From: a candidate division WOR-3 bacterium
GTDB taxonomy: Bacteria > Hydrothermota > Hydrothermia > B15-G9 > WFZT01
Assembly (NCBI GenBank): GCA_027053075.1
Contig: JALUEE010000047.1
Coordinates: 84,082 to 148,081, forward strand
DNA: 64,000 bases
Reading direction: 5' to 3'
Made by a program: the position numbers and the translations under genes. Each line of letters starts with the position of its first letter. Position 1 is the stretch's first letter. The notes below the pieces were generated by a model, which was given only the letters and a program-made list of their open reading frames with translations, was not told the origin of the DNA and searched no databases. Below, one piece after another: positions 38,674 to 48,059 of this stretch.

Positions 38674-39632
38674 TCTTCACCTCTCTTCAAAATTCTTAAT
38701 TTCTTTGGACGCGACAATTTTTCGTCCATCTTATAGACCGTTCTGTAGGATTTCCTGACAAACCACGGCCAGTCCTGGCCGCTTTTATACCATTTCTTTA
38801 ACCACTCGAGTGTTGCATCCTCATTTGTATTCCCGCTTCCTATGGTCAATCCTTCCACTTCATACTCTGGATTCTCTCTTATCTTCTCAAGTGTTTGAAT
38901 CTGCAGCCATTTCGCAATTATAGCCGCAAGACGGGTTTCAAGATAAACATCCTCTGATTTGGTGGCAATTACTACCTCCGCCCCCTGGCTTTTAAGTTCA
39001 CCTGTAAATTCCCGTAATTCATCGGAAACCCCATAATCGTCAATTACAATTCTTGATTTTTTGGCCTCGATTCTCGAAGGGAAAATCCTTTTTAAAACCC
39101 TGATGTAGGTCACGTTAAGAAGCTCGTTTATATTAAATTCATCGATGTCATCCGGGCTGATCCGCTCCTCGATGTAGAAAAACTTACCGTCCATAATTGC
39201 CTCTAATTCGCCGTAAATCTGGTTCCAGAACTCCACTCCGTGTTTCCTTTTTGTATCTGTATTGCCGACAATACTTTCGAGTGTTTTGAAACGACTCTTG
39301 TGGAAAACAACACCCACCACGTGGAGATACCCGAAAATTTCGCCCTTACCAGTCTCATCAAGTCCCACACACCATGTTTTTGTGGGAGGTTTGTAAATGT
39401 GTCCAACAATTTTTTCGATTTTCTCAATAACTTCTCTAACCTCATCGTCATTGGAGGGAGTAGCGTACATCGTGCCGCTTGTGTAATATGTGATGTAACA
39501 GTCTTTTAGCTTAAAACGCCAGACTTCAAATGGGGCCTTTGTTTCAATTTGCTCTGCACCGCTTTTTACGAGTATATCCTTAATTCGAGAAGCTTTATCT
39601 TCGTCTATGTTTTTCCAGGTTCTACCTCTCAT
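38670..39632 (-). CDS. Type 2 ribonuclease H (HIII-like N-terminal domain + HII-type catalytic domain)
   Basis: GLDETGKGE, DTK, IVIDD and AAIIAK motifs; N-terminal YYTSG strand motif. Confidence 0.8.
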   Translation of the reverse strand: MRGRTWKNIDEDKASRIKDILVKSGAEQIETKAPFEVWRFKLKDCYITYYTSGTMYATPSNDDEVREVIEKIEKIVGHIYKPPTKTWCVGLDETGKGEIFGYLHVVGVVFHKSRFKTLESIVGNTDTKRKHGVEFWNQIYGELEAIMDGKFFYIEERISPDDIDEFNINELLNVTYIRVLKRIFPSRIEAKKSRIVIDDYGVSDELREFTGELKSQGAEVVIATKSEDVYLETRLAAIIAKWLQIQTLEKIRENPEYEVEGLTIGSGNTNEDATLEWLKKWYKSGQDWPWFVRKSYRTVYKMDEKLSRPKKLRILKRGEE

Positions 39633-42600
39633 TCTTCTTCAAGGAGGGAGCCAAGGAGTTCATCAACGACCTCTCTCATATCCGCCTGGCGTTTTTCATA
39701 CCTGACAGTAGAATTCAGATACATAAGAAATTCGTCCGTCCTTTCTTTAAAGGCCTTATCCGCAATATTAAGCACTTTAGTATCATATTTTCCTGATTGC
39801 ATCATCTCTCTGAGTAAATCTTCCAGATCCCCAGCAGTTCTCTGGGGCTTCTTAATTATGTTGTTCTCAATCTCGTCTGCCACTCCAATTATCCTGGCAC
39901 CAAGAGATATCTGGCCTCCAGCGAGCTTTTGGGGAAATCCTGAGCCATCTATTCTTTCGTGGTGTTCTTTAACCCATCTTGGTATACTACCCCCACAGGG
40001 CAAGCCAAGGTTTTTCAGCAAATCAAATCCGAAAATCGGGTGTTTTTCATAGTACTCCCAATCCAAAGAATCCTTTTCCATTGTTTCAGGGGGTCTTATA
40101 AGGAAAGATGAGGGTATCTTTATCTTACCTATATCATGCAGTATCGCACCTGTTACAAGACACAATCTATCTGAACTCTGGATAAAATCATCTTCGGAAA
40201 ATCCATCTCTCTCCATCACCTCCAGCATCTTTTTAACAATAATTGCCACATTAATACTGTGTCTGGCAACAATCGGTGATTTCTCAGCAATTATATTGAG
40301 CAACATTGTAATAAGCCCGATAATTGCCCTATTTCTCGAAAGCTGTTTCTTATAAATTTCAGACACATCGTGTCCAATAACAATGTACTCATGTGAATCC
40401 CCTACTTTAATTTTCTTAACCACAAGCTTCAGCCAAGTCTCTTCGCCTCTCAAATCTACAGTTACAATATCCGTCCCCTCTTCCTCTTCTTCCAGATCAA
40501 ACAGGGCCTCAATACTTTCTTTATCCTTCTCCTTAACAGCTTCGTGCAGGATATTTATAACGTCTTCACCCTCAAGCTCTTTCCGCTGAAATAAATTTTT
40601 TGCCTGGTTATTTGCAATAATTATCCTGTGGTCCTCATTAGTAAGAATAAAAATGTCTTTTGAGCGTTTGTAAAATTCTTCAAAAAGCCTTTCAACTTCA
40701 CTGGCAGCAAGTGCTTTATGAAAAGTTTCCACATGCTCAGCAACTGTCTTGGCCAGATGTTGAAATACATTCTCAACTTCTTCCTTTATAGGATCATCTT
40801 CAAGAACAGAAATAGCCTGAACAAATCTATGAAATTCACCTTCCCCCTTAGCGAGCATTACTATGACGCCGATATTCTCTCCTGTTTCCACAAGGGAGTG
40901 AATAGGGATTCTCAACGCCCACTCAAATTTCTTTTGTCTCAGAGCTTCAGCTTCCTGTATCTCATTAATATTGATAAGAAGAACATCATTTGAAGAAGCT
41001 CCAAAACCATTGAGAATCTCAACAAATTTACATAGTCCATCCACAGATTCAAGATTACTGCTTATCTGACAATAACGATGATCCGTTTCAGGATCAGAGG
41101 GTACAGCAATCATACCATCTGAGAAATTTAGACGATCAACGAGTTTCTCGAGAACGTAATCATAAAACCTGTATGTAGATTCCCAAGGATGTTTATCCCA
41201 ATGAGTCCCAATGGTCTCTGCTAACTCCACACTCGCCTCAAGTATTTTCCTTAAGTAAAAGTTTCTCAGTTCATTCAGTTTTTCCTTCGTCCTATCCTCG
41301 AAAATCCAGACATAAACTGATATATTAAATATGTTTACGGGAATACCTGAGATAATCAGGTACTTTTCCTCTCCGATTGGGAGTCTAATCCACTTATCCA
41401 ATCTTGCCGGACGGTTGTTTCTGATATACTCAAAGACTTTATCCACAACTTTCTGGTTGTCCCTCAAGCCCGGGATAATTTCTAAATGAGCATCCTGGAC
41501 CTCGTCAATCGGGACGTTAAAAATCTTCCCAAACTTCTCATTAACATAAAGAATTTCCCCCTCACGGTCTACAGCGGCCACTCCAGCATCACCATGTGAC
41601 AGGCTAAGCTCGTCTGCAAGGTTCTCAATATATTTCTCAGGAGACAGAATTGAAAGTTCTATCAGGTCTCTCAAACTTTTTGCAAAAAATTTGATCATAT
41701 ACCTTTCCTGAACGTCCAAAATATCAGGTCTGTCTGCACATAGGACACCATAAGTTGTTTCCCTTAGACCTTTGAGAAACTCTGTTATACTATATAGAGT
41801 TTTCGCTGTTTCTATATCGTCAAAGTTTCTGTAGAGACTTAAAAAATTCTCGGCTTTGTAACCGTCAATACATTTCTTCTTTTCCTTATCGCTGGCTTTA
41901 AAGCCGTAGATAATTCTGCTCTTATAATCGCCGTTTACCGTTCTATGAACAAAAATAAATGGGATTTCGTCTTCAAACTTCCAATGGCGAGCGATATAAA
42001 AAGGCACAAAAAGCAAACTCCTTAGATTTAAAATCCCGGAGAATTTTTTCAAAATTTCCGTAAGAGGGACCAAAAACTCACCTTTAGACTGAGCCCCAAA
42101 TGACTGGAGCTCCTCTATTAGATTGTTAAGCTTTTCAAAAAGCTCCTCCGCTTCAGATGTAAAAGGCTCATGGAAAACGATAATAAAACCATCTCTCTTA
42201 TTGTCTGCCCGAATCCTCGGAATAATCGAGACTGATCTTTGCAAAACAGTACCGTCTGGCAGGGCAATCTTTATCCCCCTGGTCGTCATGTACCCACCAC
42301 TAAAAAGCTCTTGACTATCAAAGCCTGGAGCAATTTCTCTCAAAAATTCATGGACGTTTAGATTTAAAATCTCTTCAAGAGTGTATTTATTTTGCAGAAA
42401 ATTCAAAAGCAAGTCGTTGGCATAAACTATTTTCTCTTCATCATCGACTATTAAAATCCCCAATCCCATAGATTCATAATCCTTAAGATCCTCTCTCTGC
42501 CTGTTTTTAATTCTCTCTCGCGTAAGCTTCACCATTTTTTCCAGAATTCGAGATTTCACCTTTTCCATCACATCTATGTTAAACTCAGGAACTACGTAAA

Positions 42601-42853
42601 CATCAGGGATGTCATGTATGGGAAGACCATCCTTGCTCACCACCACAACAACAAAATTGGGCTCCTCTCTGACACTCAGGCTATTTATTTTATCCAGCTT
42701 TTCGAGAAATTTATCCTTATCGAGAACAATAATTCCTGCTTTGTTTTTATCTATGAACGTATCAAAGTCGGCTGGTCGTATATGGGGAAAAACTTCTTTG
42801 ATAATTCTTTCGTACTCTTCCTTTTTTGAATTGGTCTCAACGAGAAATCTCAA
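39629..42853 (-). CDS. Multi-PAS sensor with HD-GYP domain (c-di-GMP phosphodiesterase-like)
   Basis: Three PAS-like starts (IVYAN, ILYVN, IIIAN); HS...LHDIGK...HP..G...HHERIDGSGFP. Confidence 0.85.
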   Translation of the reverse strand: MRFLVETNSKKEEYERIIKEVFPHIRPADFDTFIDKNKAGIIVLDKDKFLEKLDKINSLSVREEPNFVVVVVSKDGLPIHDIPDVYVVPEFNIDVMEKVKSRILEKMVKLTRERIKNRQREDLKDYESMGLGILIVDDEEKIVYANDLLLNFLQNKYTLEEILNLNVHEFLREIAPGFDSQELFSGGYMTTRGIKIALPDGTVLQRSVSIIPRIRADNKRDGFIIVFHEPFTSEAEELFEKLNNLIEELQSFGAQSKGEFLVPLTEILKKFSGILNLRSLLFVPFYIARHWKFEDEIPFIFVHRTVNGDYKSRIIYGFKASDKEKKKCIDGYKAENFLSLYRNFDDIETAKTLYSITEFLKGLRETTYGVLCADRPDILDVQERYMIKFFAKSLRDLIELSILSPEKYIENLADELSLSHGDAGVAAVDREGEILYVNEKFGKIFNVPIDEVQDAHLEIIPGLRDNQKVVDKVFEYIRNNRPARLDKWIRLPIGEEKYLIISGIPVNIFNISVYVWIFEDRTKEKLNELRNFYLRKILEASVELAETIGTHWDKHPWESTYRFYDYVLEKLVDRLNFSDGMIAVPSDPETDHRYCQISSNLESVDGLCKFVEILNGFGASSNDVLLININEIQEAEALRQKKFEWALRIPIHSLVETGENIGVIVMLAKGEGEFHRFVQAISVLEDDPIKEEVENVFQHLAKTVAEHVETFHKALAASEVERLFEEFYKRSKDIFILTNEDHRIIIANNQAKNLFQRKELEGEDVINILHEAVKEKDKESIEALFDLEEEEEGTDIVTVDLRGEETWLKLVVKKIKVGDSHEYIVIGHDVSEIYKKQLSRNRAIIGLITMLLNIIAEKSPIVARHSINVAIIVKKMLEVMERDGFSEDDFIQSSDRLCLVTGAILHDIGKIKIPSSFLIRPPETMEKDSLDWEYYEKHPIFGFDLLKNLGLPCGGSIPRWVKEHHERIDGSGFPQKLAGGQISLGARIIGVADEIENNIIKKPQRTAGDLEDLLREMMQSGKYDTKVLNIADKAFKERTDEFLMYLNSTVRYEKRQADMREVVDELLGSLLEEE

Positions 42854-42881
42854 ACCCTTTCAGCTCCCAGCTTTTTAAAAC

Positions 42882-42910
42882 AATTTAAAACTTTTTTACT
42901 CCCACGTCAA
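42882..42910 (-). promoter_or_regulatory. Putative sigma70 promoter of the HD-GYP operon
   Basis: Minus strand TTGACG-N17-TAAATT. Confidence 0.55.
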
Positions 42911-42919
42911 GCAAATGTC

Positions 42920-43042
42920 GAGCATGTTCGAAAATGTTGCCCCATCCTATTCTCCCCCATGCACAAAATTGGATCGAGTAGGAGATAGATGATGGGAATT
43001 CCTTTTAATTTCTAAATAAATTGAAATTTTTCGAACACACCC
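42920..43042. mobile_element. Degenerate MITE-like copy with both ends and a decayed flanking repeat
   Basis: GAGCATGTTCGAAAA...TTGAAATTTTTCGAACACACCC; flanks AGCAAATGTC / AGCAATTGTT match at 8 of 10. Confidence 0.7.
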
Positions 43043-43056
43043 AGCAATTGTTCCCA

Positions 43057-43719
43057 CTAAAATTCGCGCGTGAGTTTAACAAATCCCCTCAAAAGCCTTT
43101 CTGAAGATTCGGAACGCCACCTCTCAGGGTGCCATTGGACTGCAATAACTTTGAATTCAGGATTTTCAATTCCCTCAATAATTTCGTCTTTAAGAGAATA
43201 CGCTGAAACAGTTAAGCTTTCACCCGGTTTTTTAACACTCTCATGGTGGTGACTGTTTACCTCGATAATCTCCTCGCCAATGATACTATAGAGCATGGTA
43301 TTCTTCACAATCCGGACCTTGTGCACCTTGTCCTTGCCCTCTTTGTCAGTGTGATCACCGGTAATAGCGCCAAATTCGTCTATATCCTGCCAGAGAGAAC
43401 CGCGGAAAAATACATTGATCAACTGCATCCCTCTGCAGATACCGAGAACGGGTATCTTCTCCTTTAAGGCTTCATCCAGGGCAAAGAACTCGAAATCATC
43501 CCGGGCATCAGAGACCTCTTCTGTCCTCAGGTTTTCCTCTCCGTATCTCCTCGCGTTGAGGTCACCACCACCTGAGAGTATCAGGGCATCGATGGATACA
43601 CCAAGGTCCCTCTTTTCACTCAGAGGGACAGGCTCGGCCACTTCTTCTACCCACTTAAAATAATTCTTATACTTTCCTGTTACCTCACGACTATCCGGGA
43701 CTGTAATACCTATTCGCAT
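43057..43719 (-). CDS. Class I glutamine amidotransferase, peptidase C26 (PuuD-like)
   Basis: LSGGGD, LGICRGMQ, VNSHHH and VQWHPE motifs. Confidence 0.9.
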   Translation of the reverse strand: MRIGITVPDSREVTGKYKNYFKWVEEVAEPVPLSEKRDLGVSIDALILSGGGDLNARRYGEENLRTEEVSDARDDFEFFALDEALKEKIPVLGICRGMQLINVFFRGSLWQDIDEFGAITGDHTDKEGKDKVHKVRIVKNTMLYSIIGEEIIEVNSHHHESVKKPGESLTVSAYSLKDEIIEGIENPEFKVIAVQWHPERWRSESSERLLRGFVKLTREF

Positions 43720-43917
43720 GATGCATTAATATAATTTTCCTGGTATGTCATTTCCACCCCTTCCGGGTTTGCCTCGGAATACTGCCTTATTCCCCGCGCA
43801 TTTTTACGTGAGAAAATTACTCTCAAAAATCGGATAATTCGAACAGGCCCAAGTTTTGTTGTCCATTTAAACGGACAGGTTTATAATCGTGAACCAAATT
43901 CAGCAGGGAGGTGTAGA

Positions 43918-44856
43918 ATGAAAATTCTTGTTACAGGGGGTGCCGGTTTCATCGGCTCTCATGTTGTGGATAAATTCATCGAAAATGGTCATGAAGTGGT
44001 CGTTGTTGACAATCTTTCAACAGGAAATAAGAAAAATCTAAACCCAAAGGCAAGGTTTTACGAAGTTGATATAACTGATAAAGACGCTCTCGAGAGCATC
44101 TTTAAAAATGAAAATCCGGATATTGTTGACCACCACGCTGCCCAGGTGAGCGTCGTTTATTCGGTTGACCACCCTGATTTTGATGCTCGTGTTAATATCA
44201 TCGGAACACTGAATTTAATAGACCTATCCTTAAAATATGGGATCAAAAAATTTATCTATGCCTCAACCGGTGGAGCAGTTTACGGTGAGCCCGTTTACCT
44301 GCCATGCGATGAAAAACACCCGGTTGATCCCCTTGCTCCCTACGGTATATCCAAGCATTCTGTAGAGCACTATCTGTTTATGAATCACGTTAACTTTAGA
44401 TTAAACTACATCGTACTTCGATATGCCAACGTTTATGGGCCTCGTCAGGACCCATTTGGTGAGGCAGGAGTGGTAGCCATTTTCTCAAAAAGAATGCTCA
44501 CAGGTGATGATGTTTTTATCTTTGGAGATGGCTTTCAGGAGAGAGATTTTGTCTATGTAGGTGATGTGGCTGAGGCCAATCTTCTCGCCCTTAATTTTGA
44601 GAAAGAGATTAAAAACTCCCTTGATCCTATTTTCAATGTTGGAACTGGTGTTGGCACAAATGTGAATAAGATTTTCGAGTTAATTAAGAAGTTTACCGGC
44701 TATGAAAAAGATGCCATCTATAAACCACCGAGGCCCGGTGAGGTTTACAAAGTTTATCTCGATAACAAAAAGATTAAAGATGAAATGAGCTGGGCACCTC
44801 GGTTCAGTCTTGAAGAGGGCATAAAAGAGACCGTCGAATGGTTCAAAACAAATTAA
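43918..44856 (+). CDS. NAD-dependent epimerase/dehydratase (UDP-glucose 4-epimerase-like)
   Basis: TGGAGFIG, YGISK and NVYGPRQ motifs; GGAGGT RBS. Confidence 0.92.
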   Translation: MKILVTGGAGFIGSHVVDKFIENGHEVVVVDNLSTGNKKNLNPKARFYEVDITDKDALESIFKNENPDIVDHHAAQVSVVYSVDHPDFDARVNIIGTLNLIDLSLKYGIKKFIYASTGGAVYGEPVYLPCDEKHPVDPLAPYGISKHSVEHYLFMNHVNFRLNYIVLRYANVYGPRQDPFGEAGVVAIFSKRMLTGDDVFIFGDGFQERDFVYVGDVAEANLLALNFEKEIKNSLDPIFNVGTGVGTNVNKIFELIKKFTGYEKDAIYKPPRPGEVYKVYLDNKKIKDEMSWAPRFSLEEGIKETVEWFKTN

Positions 44857-45797
44857 AATTAGCTGAAAAAAACCGCGAGCTTTATAACCTACTAAACGAC
44901 CTTTTAAAAGACCGACTTGAGGATTTCCTGAACTGGATGGAAACTCCCCTTAAGCCAAGTATTCGCGTGAATACGCTTAAGATTGAGGTTGAAGAGCTCA
45001 GAGAGCGATTAGAAAAGCAGGGATTCCGGCTGAAACCTGTTGAGTTTTACCCATGTGGTTTTGAGGTCGAGGAAGCCCCCTTTGAAATCGGCAAAACCAT
45101 AGAGCATTTCCTTGGCTACTACTATGTCCAGCAAAAAGCATCCATGCTTCCACCATTAATACTTGATCCCCAGCCCGGTGAATACGTCCTCGACATGGCT
45201 GCAGCTCCAGGCTCAAAAACCACGCAAATGGCCCAGATGATGAAAAATACAGGTGTAATCGTGGCAAATGACATCTCTATAGAGCGTGTTCGCGCCCTTT
45301 CACACAATATTGATAAGCTCGGGGTTGTGAACACCATAGTGACCGAGCTTGATGGCTACAAATTTGGTAGATTCCTCGAGGGACGGATGGACAGGATTTT
45401 GATTGATGCCCCATGCTCAGCCCTTGGTACACTTCACAAAACTTACGAGCCTTTGAGATGGTGGAGCTGGGGAGTGGTCGGTAACCTCGTGAGGACCCAG
45501 AAAGGCTTGATCCTCGCAGCATACAGGGCTTTAAAACCTGGTGGTAGGATGGTTTATTCCACCTGTACTCTCGTTCCAGAGGAGAATGAAGGCATTGTGA
45601 ATTTCTTGCTCCAGCGACACCCCGAGGCTGAAATCCTGGATGTCCCGGATTTTGGATTAAAGATGGAAGAGGGAATTACGGAGTGGAAAAGGAATACTTA
45701 CGACGAAAGGGTAAAGAAAACTCGTCGCCTCTATCCTTTCGAAAATCAAACCGAAGGGTTTTATTTTGCCCTGATCAGAAAGCCAGAATTTAACTGA
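44838..45797 (+). CDS. RsmB/NOP2 family RNA (cytosine-C5) methyltransferase (RsmF-like)
   Basis: DMAAAPGSKT, DAPCS and YSTCT motifs. Confidence 0.92.
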   Translation: MVQNKLKLAEKNRELYNLLNDLLKDRLEDFLNWMETPLKPSIRVNTLKIEVEELRERLEKQGFRLKPVEFYPCGFEVEEAPFEIGKTIEHFLGYYYVQQKASMLPPLILDPQPGEYVLDMAAAPGSKTTQMAQMMKNTGVIVANDISIERVRALSHNIDKLGVVNTIVTELDGYKFGRFLEGRMDRILIDAPCSALGTLHKTYEPLRWWSWGVVGNLVRTQKGLILAAYRALKPGGRMVYSTCTLVPEENEGIVNFLLQRHPEAEILDVPDFGLKMEEGITEWKRNTYDERVKKTRRLYPFENQTEGFYFALIRKPEFN

Positions 45798-46944
45798 TAA
45801 CTTCCAACACATTTTCGAGCGCTTTTCCCGGGTCATCTTCATCGGTTGTCAATATTTCAATTCCAAGTCCCTCAAGGATATACTTGCTTCCACCAGTGGG
45901 CATATGTTTAAGAACGATATGAGTTGCCCCTTCCCTCGCAAGAAATTCACCAATAGCCTTTCCCCTGCCTTTCTCGAGCGTAAGGAAAGGATTTTTAATA
46001 AACCTGCGCTCCAAAATTTCTCCATTTTTTATTCTCGCCAGCATAAATTCTCTGGCATTCCCCATCTGTTCACTTATCTTTCCTTTATCCCCCAGAGGGA
46101 CTGCCACGATATACTCTCCGGGCTCAATAGGCTCGTAGTGTATCAGTACCTCGTCAACGTTGGGTATCTCTGTTTTTATCCGCATCTCGAGCTCTTCTGA
46201 TATTCGATGAGCTGTCTCAAGGTCACGGACACTAATTTCAATAACAGCCTCTATAAATTTATACCTGCCCGAATTTCGCCCCTGTAGCCTTTTTATTTTT
46301 CGCACTCTGGGATCAGATTTTAAAATCTCACGAACCTTAATAAGCACATCGGACTCCACAGAGGCATCAAGCAGGACTTTTAATGAATCAACAAGAGGTT
46401 CAAAGGCGCTCCTGAAAATAAACAGCGCCACAAAAACAGCTGCAATTTTATCAATATTTGCGGCAATTCCGACAAATACGACTACGGATGAGAGCGCGTC
46501 GCTTCTTGAGTGCTGGCCATCTGCGACAAGACTTGGAGAACCTGTTCGTCGCCCAACTTTTAGCTTGTAAACAGAAAGGGCATAGCTCACGGCTGCCGAT
46601 ATTAGTGCAACTCCAGCGGCTAACCATTTCGCCTCTACAACATGGTGGCCAGATTTTAGAGATTCGACAATAATTTCGTAACCGGTGTAAATGATTGCAA
46701 AGGCGACAAAAAGGGAAACAAGATTCTCGAGTTTGTAAAGGCCAAATGGAAAAGTCTTTGTCTTGCGCCTTGAAAATGTAATACCAATCAGTACCAAGAT
46801 TGAAGTAAAACTGTCCGAGAAGGAATGAACAGCGTCTGCAAGTATTGCATAACTTCCAGACAGTTTGTATGTCAGGAATTTAAAGGCAAATAGCAGGAAT
46901 GCAACTATTATAGAAACTATTTCAACTTTCTGGGTTTCGTCCAT
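45790..46944 (-). CDS. Cation diffusion facilitator with C-terminal NifB/NifX-like domain
   Basis: ADAVHSFSD, FGLYKLE, HSRSD and IHYEP motifs; extra C-terminal domain. Confidence 0.88.
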   Translation of the reverse strand: MDETQKVEIVSIIVAFLLFAFKFLTYKLSGSYAILADAVHSFSDSFTSILVLIGITFSRRKTKTFPFGLYKLENLVSLFVAFAIIYTGYEIIVESLKSGHHVVEAKWLAAGVALISAAVSYALSVYKLKVGRRTGSPSLVADGQHSRSDALSSVVVFVGIAANIDKIAAVFVALFIFRSAFEPLVDSLKVLLDASVESDVLIKVREILKSDPRVRKIKRLQGRNSGRYKFIEAVIEISVRDLETAHRISEELEMRIKTEIPNVDEVLIHYEPIEPGEYIVAVPLGDKGKISEQMGNAREFMLARIKNGEILERRFIKNPFLTLEKGRGKAIGEFLAREGATHIVLKHMPTGGSKYILEGLGIEILTTDEDDPGKALENVLEVIS

Positions 46945-46974
46945 AAGGAAATTTTAAAGGATATGAACAAAAAA

Positions 46975-47051
46975 TGGTGGGCGGAGGAGGACTCGAACCT
47001 CCGACCTCTGGTATGTGAGACCAGCGTTCTCGCCACCTGAACTATCCGCCC
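46975..47051 (-). tRNA. tRNA-Val(CAC), 77 nt, CCA encoded
   Basis: Cloverleaf: acceptor GGGCGGA/TCCGCCC, anticodon arm CTGGT-CTCACAT-ACCAG, T arm GGAGG-TTCGAGT-CCTCC. Confidence 0.96.
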
Positions 47052-47064
47052 ACCAGTGGTAAAA

Positions 47065-47093
47065 ATATTAACGTTGCCCATTCTAAATTTCAA
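47065..47093 (-). promoter_or_regulatory. Putative tRNA promoter
   Basis: Minus strand TTGAAA-N17-TAATAT. Confidence 0.55.
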
Positions 47094-47148
47094 GCAACGG
47101 GCTTATTGGTGATGATCCGGCCTTGTTTGAAAAGTTGTTTACTTAAGG

Positions 47149-47189
47149 GTGGGGGGTGCCCACGCACTTTGTGCGTGGGCACCCCCCAC
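47149..47189. repeat. 19-bp perfect hairpin sharing the CACGCAC-NNN-GTGCGTG core of the MITE family
   Basis: GTGGGGGGTGCCCACGCAC-TTT-GTGCGTGGGCACCCCCCAC. Confidence 0.8.
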
Positions 47190-47245
47190 TTATGAATAAA
47201 AATTCTTTTTAGCTCTAAATTCCCCAAACAACCTTTCCCCAAGGT

Positions 47246-47274
47246 TTGACTTAATTTTTGGACTGAATTAAAAT
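47246..47274 (+). promoter_or_regulatory. Putative tpiA promoter
   Basis: TTGACT-N17-TAAAAT, 8 nt before the ATG. Confidence 0.65.
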
Positions 47275-47282
47275 TTGAGCCC

Positions 47283-48047
47283 ATGAGAAAAAGGATTATC
47301 GCAGGAAACTGGAAGATGCATAAGACCCTGGTTGAGGGCCTCGAGCTTGTGGAAGCCCTCAAAGCAGGCTATATCCCTGATGATTATTATGAAGCTGTGG
47401 TACATCCCCCTTTTACACTTCTCCATGAAATTTCGAAAGCCCTCGAGGGTAGCGATATCAAGCTCGGTGCACAAAACCTGTTTTACGAGGATGAAGGGGC
47501 TTACACAGGTGAAATCTCGCCACTCATGCTAAAGGATGCCGGGGTGGATTATGTTATCATCGGCCACTCAGAAAGAAGAAAATATTTTCACGAGGACAAT
47601 GACATAGTGCTTAAAAAGGTGCGTGCAGCCCTGCGGCACGGCTTGAAACCCATAATCTGCGTTGGTGAGACACTGGAGCAGAGAGAGGCTGGTAAAGCTA
47701 AGGATGTAGTGGCTGACCAGCTTTCTATACTTAGGGGAATCTCCATTGGCGACATGGAAGAGATTGCCATTGCCTATGAACCCGTCTGGGCTATTGGTAC
47801 AGGCAGAACCGCCACTCCAGAGCTCGCAGAAGAGATGCATAAATTTATTAGAGAGACCGTAGCAGGGATTTTCAACAGAGATGTTGCCAATAACCTGCCC
47901 ATCTTATACGGCGGAAGTGTTAAGCCAAACAATGTTTTTGACCTGACTTCGGAAGAGGATATTGATGGTGCACTGGTTGGTGGTGCATCATTAAAGGTCG
48001 ACAGTTTTCTTTCGATAATCAAGAACGCTGCAAGAAATATTATTTAG
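47283..48047 (+). CDS. tpiA: Triosephosphate isomerase
   Basis: AGNWKM, GHSERR, AYEPVWAIGTG and YGGSV motifs. Confidence 0.98.
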   Translation: MRKRIIAGNWKMHKTLVEGLELVEALKAGYIPDDYYEAVVHPPFTLLHEISKALEGSDIKLGAQNLFYEDEGAYTGEISPLMLKDAGVDYVIIGHSERRKYFHEDNDIVLKKVRAALRHGLKPIICVGETLEQREAGKAKDVVADQLSILRGISIGDMEEIAIAYEPVWAIGTGRTATPELAEEMHKFIRETVAGIFNRDVANNLPILYGGSVKPNNVFDLTSEEDIDGALVGGASLKVDSFLSIIKNAARNII

Positions 48048-48059
48048 GGAGGAGTTTAA

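Noticed and set aside
46975..47051. tRNA as an integration site of a genomic island
   Set aside because: No integrase and no direct-repeat copy of the tRNA 3' end seen in the window
47090..47362. 90-aa minus-strand ORF and other short antisense or nested ORFs in the track
   Set aside because: They overlap well-supported genes or repeats, with no motifs or initiation signals
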